A DNA stretch of 64,000 nucleotides from Clostridia bacterium (lineage in GTDB: Bacteria > Bacillota > Clostridia > Oscillospirales > CAG-272): assembly GCA_017455975.1 (NCBI GenBank), contig JAFTLK010000013.1, positions 13,362 through 77,361 of the forward strand. The letters are read 5' to 3'. The notes under the pieces are model-generated. The model saw nothing but the letters and a program-made list of their open reading frames with translations, had not been told where the DNA came from and did not search any database. The position numbers and the translations under genes are program-made. This document shows, one piece after another, positions 63,399 through 64,000 of this stretch; within the stretch, counting starts at the first letter, position 1; every line of letters starts with the position of its first letter.

Positions 63399-64000
63399 AT
63401 CTGCATCTGAGCGGCCATGTTGCCATTGTCACCGGCGGAAGCCGCGGCATCGGTGCGGCCATCTGCCGTGCACTCGCCGCAGAGGGGGCCGATATCGCAC
63501 TGCTTTATGCTTCCAATGCGGAAAAAGCAGAGGAAACGGCCGCGGCCTGTGCGGCATACGGCGTCTGTGCGAAAGCCTATGCATGCCATGTTGAAAACGA
63601 AGAGGAAGCCGCACAGACGGTACGGGACATCCTGTCTGCGTTTGGCCGCATCGATATTCTCGTCAACAATGCCGGAATCACCCGCGACAAGCTGGTCAAC
63701 GGCATGCGCGCATCGGATTTTGACGATGTCATCGATGTCAATCTGCGCGGCGCCTTCCATATGCTTCGCGCCGTCTACCCGCTGATGGCAAAACAGCGTT
63801 CCGGACGTATTCTCAATATCAGCTCCGTTGCCGGTCTGTCGGGAAACGCAGGTCAGGTCAATTATGCCGCTTCAAAGGCAGGTCTGATCGGCATGACAAA
63901 ATCGGCCGCAAAAGAGCTTGCCGCACGCGGCGTCACCTGCAATGCCATCGCACCCGGCTTTATTTCGACCGATATGACAGAAAAATTCGCACAGGATGAG
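63395..64000 (+). CDS. fabG: 3-oxoacyl-ACP reductase (SDR), 3' end outside the window
   Basis: ATGA overlap with fabD. TGGSRGIG cofactor motif, NNAG, and YAASKAG catalytic YxxxK. The frame is open to the window end. Confidence 0.9.
   Translation, partial: MNLHLSGHVAIVTGGSRGIGAAICRALAAEGADIALLYASNAEKAEETAAACAAYGVCAKAYACHVENEEEAAQTVRDILSAFGRIDILVNNAGITRDKLVNGMRASDFDDVIDVNLRGAFHMLRAVYPLMAKQRSGRILNISSVAGLSGNAGQVNYAASKAGLIGMTKSAAKELAARGVTCNAIAPGFISTDMTEKFAQDE

Overview
High-GC Firmicutes/Clostridia-like chromosomal segment (inferred from gene content only). It is mostly carbohydrate-active and housekeeping genes. Carbohydrate-related: two tandem CE15-like esterases, a GH2 beta-mannosidase-like enzyme, GH29, GH16, a 1893-aa secreted GH20 protein, a CE4 deacetylase and two orphan sugar-binding lipoproteins. 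Housekeeping: recG, nifS-like, proS, PBP2 and fabH-acpP-fabK-fabD-fabG. Two loci stand out. (1) 10432-12857 is a low-GC island holding a CRISPR array of 10 repeats of 32 nt and 9 unique spacers. Next to the array lies a diverged inverted copy of the repeat (tracrRNA-type anti-repeat), then about 200 nt of hairpin-rich spacer, then one 495-aa TnpB/Cas12-like RuvC nuclease with its own consensus promoter. No cas1, cas2 or cas4 is present anywhere in the window. I read this as a stand-alone miniature type V-like system of unassigned subtype. (2) 55793-58273 is an operon driven by a consensus promoter. It encodes a 77-aa acidic, 4-Cys peptide ending in Ser, translationally coupled to an HPr-kinase-like P-loop protein and a radical-SAM/SPASM enzyme. 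The partners usually found with such kinases (PqqD-like RRE, PF14907-type nucleotidyltransferase, S24/S26-like peptidase) sit about 31 kb away at 24109-26127, at the end of an operon with two fused Wzz/BY-kinase genes. Other observations: a 2.5-kb low-GC segment inside the GH20 ORF, an XRE-HTH fused to a beta-propeller glycosidase-like domain, REP/BIME-like nested inverted repeats, a 93-bp tandem repeat, seven exact TTGACA-N17-TATAAT promoters, and a recurrent 16-nt 5' leader motif. All product calls come from motif recognition by eye; no database search was run.
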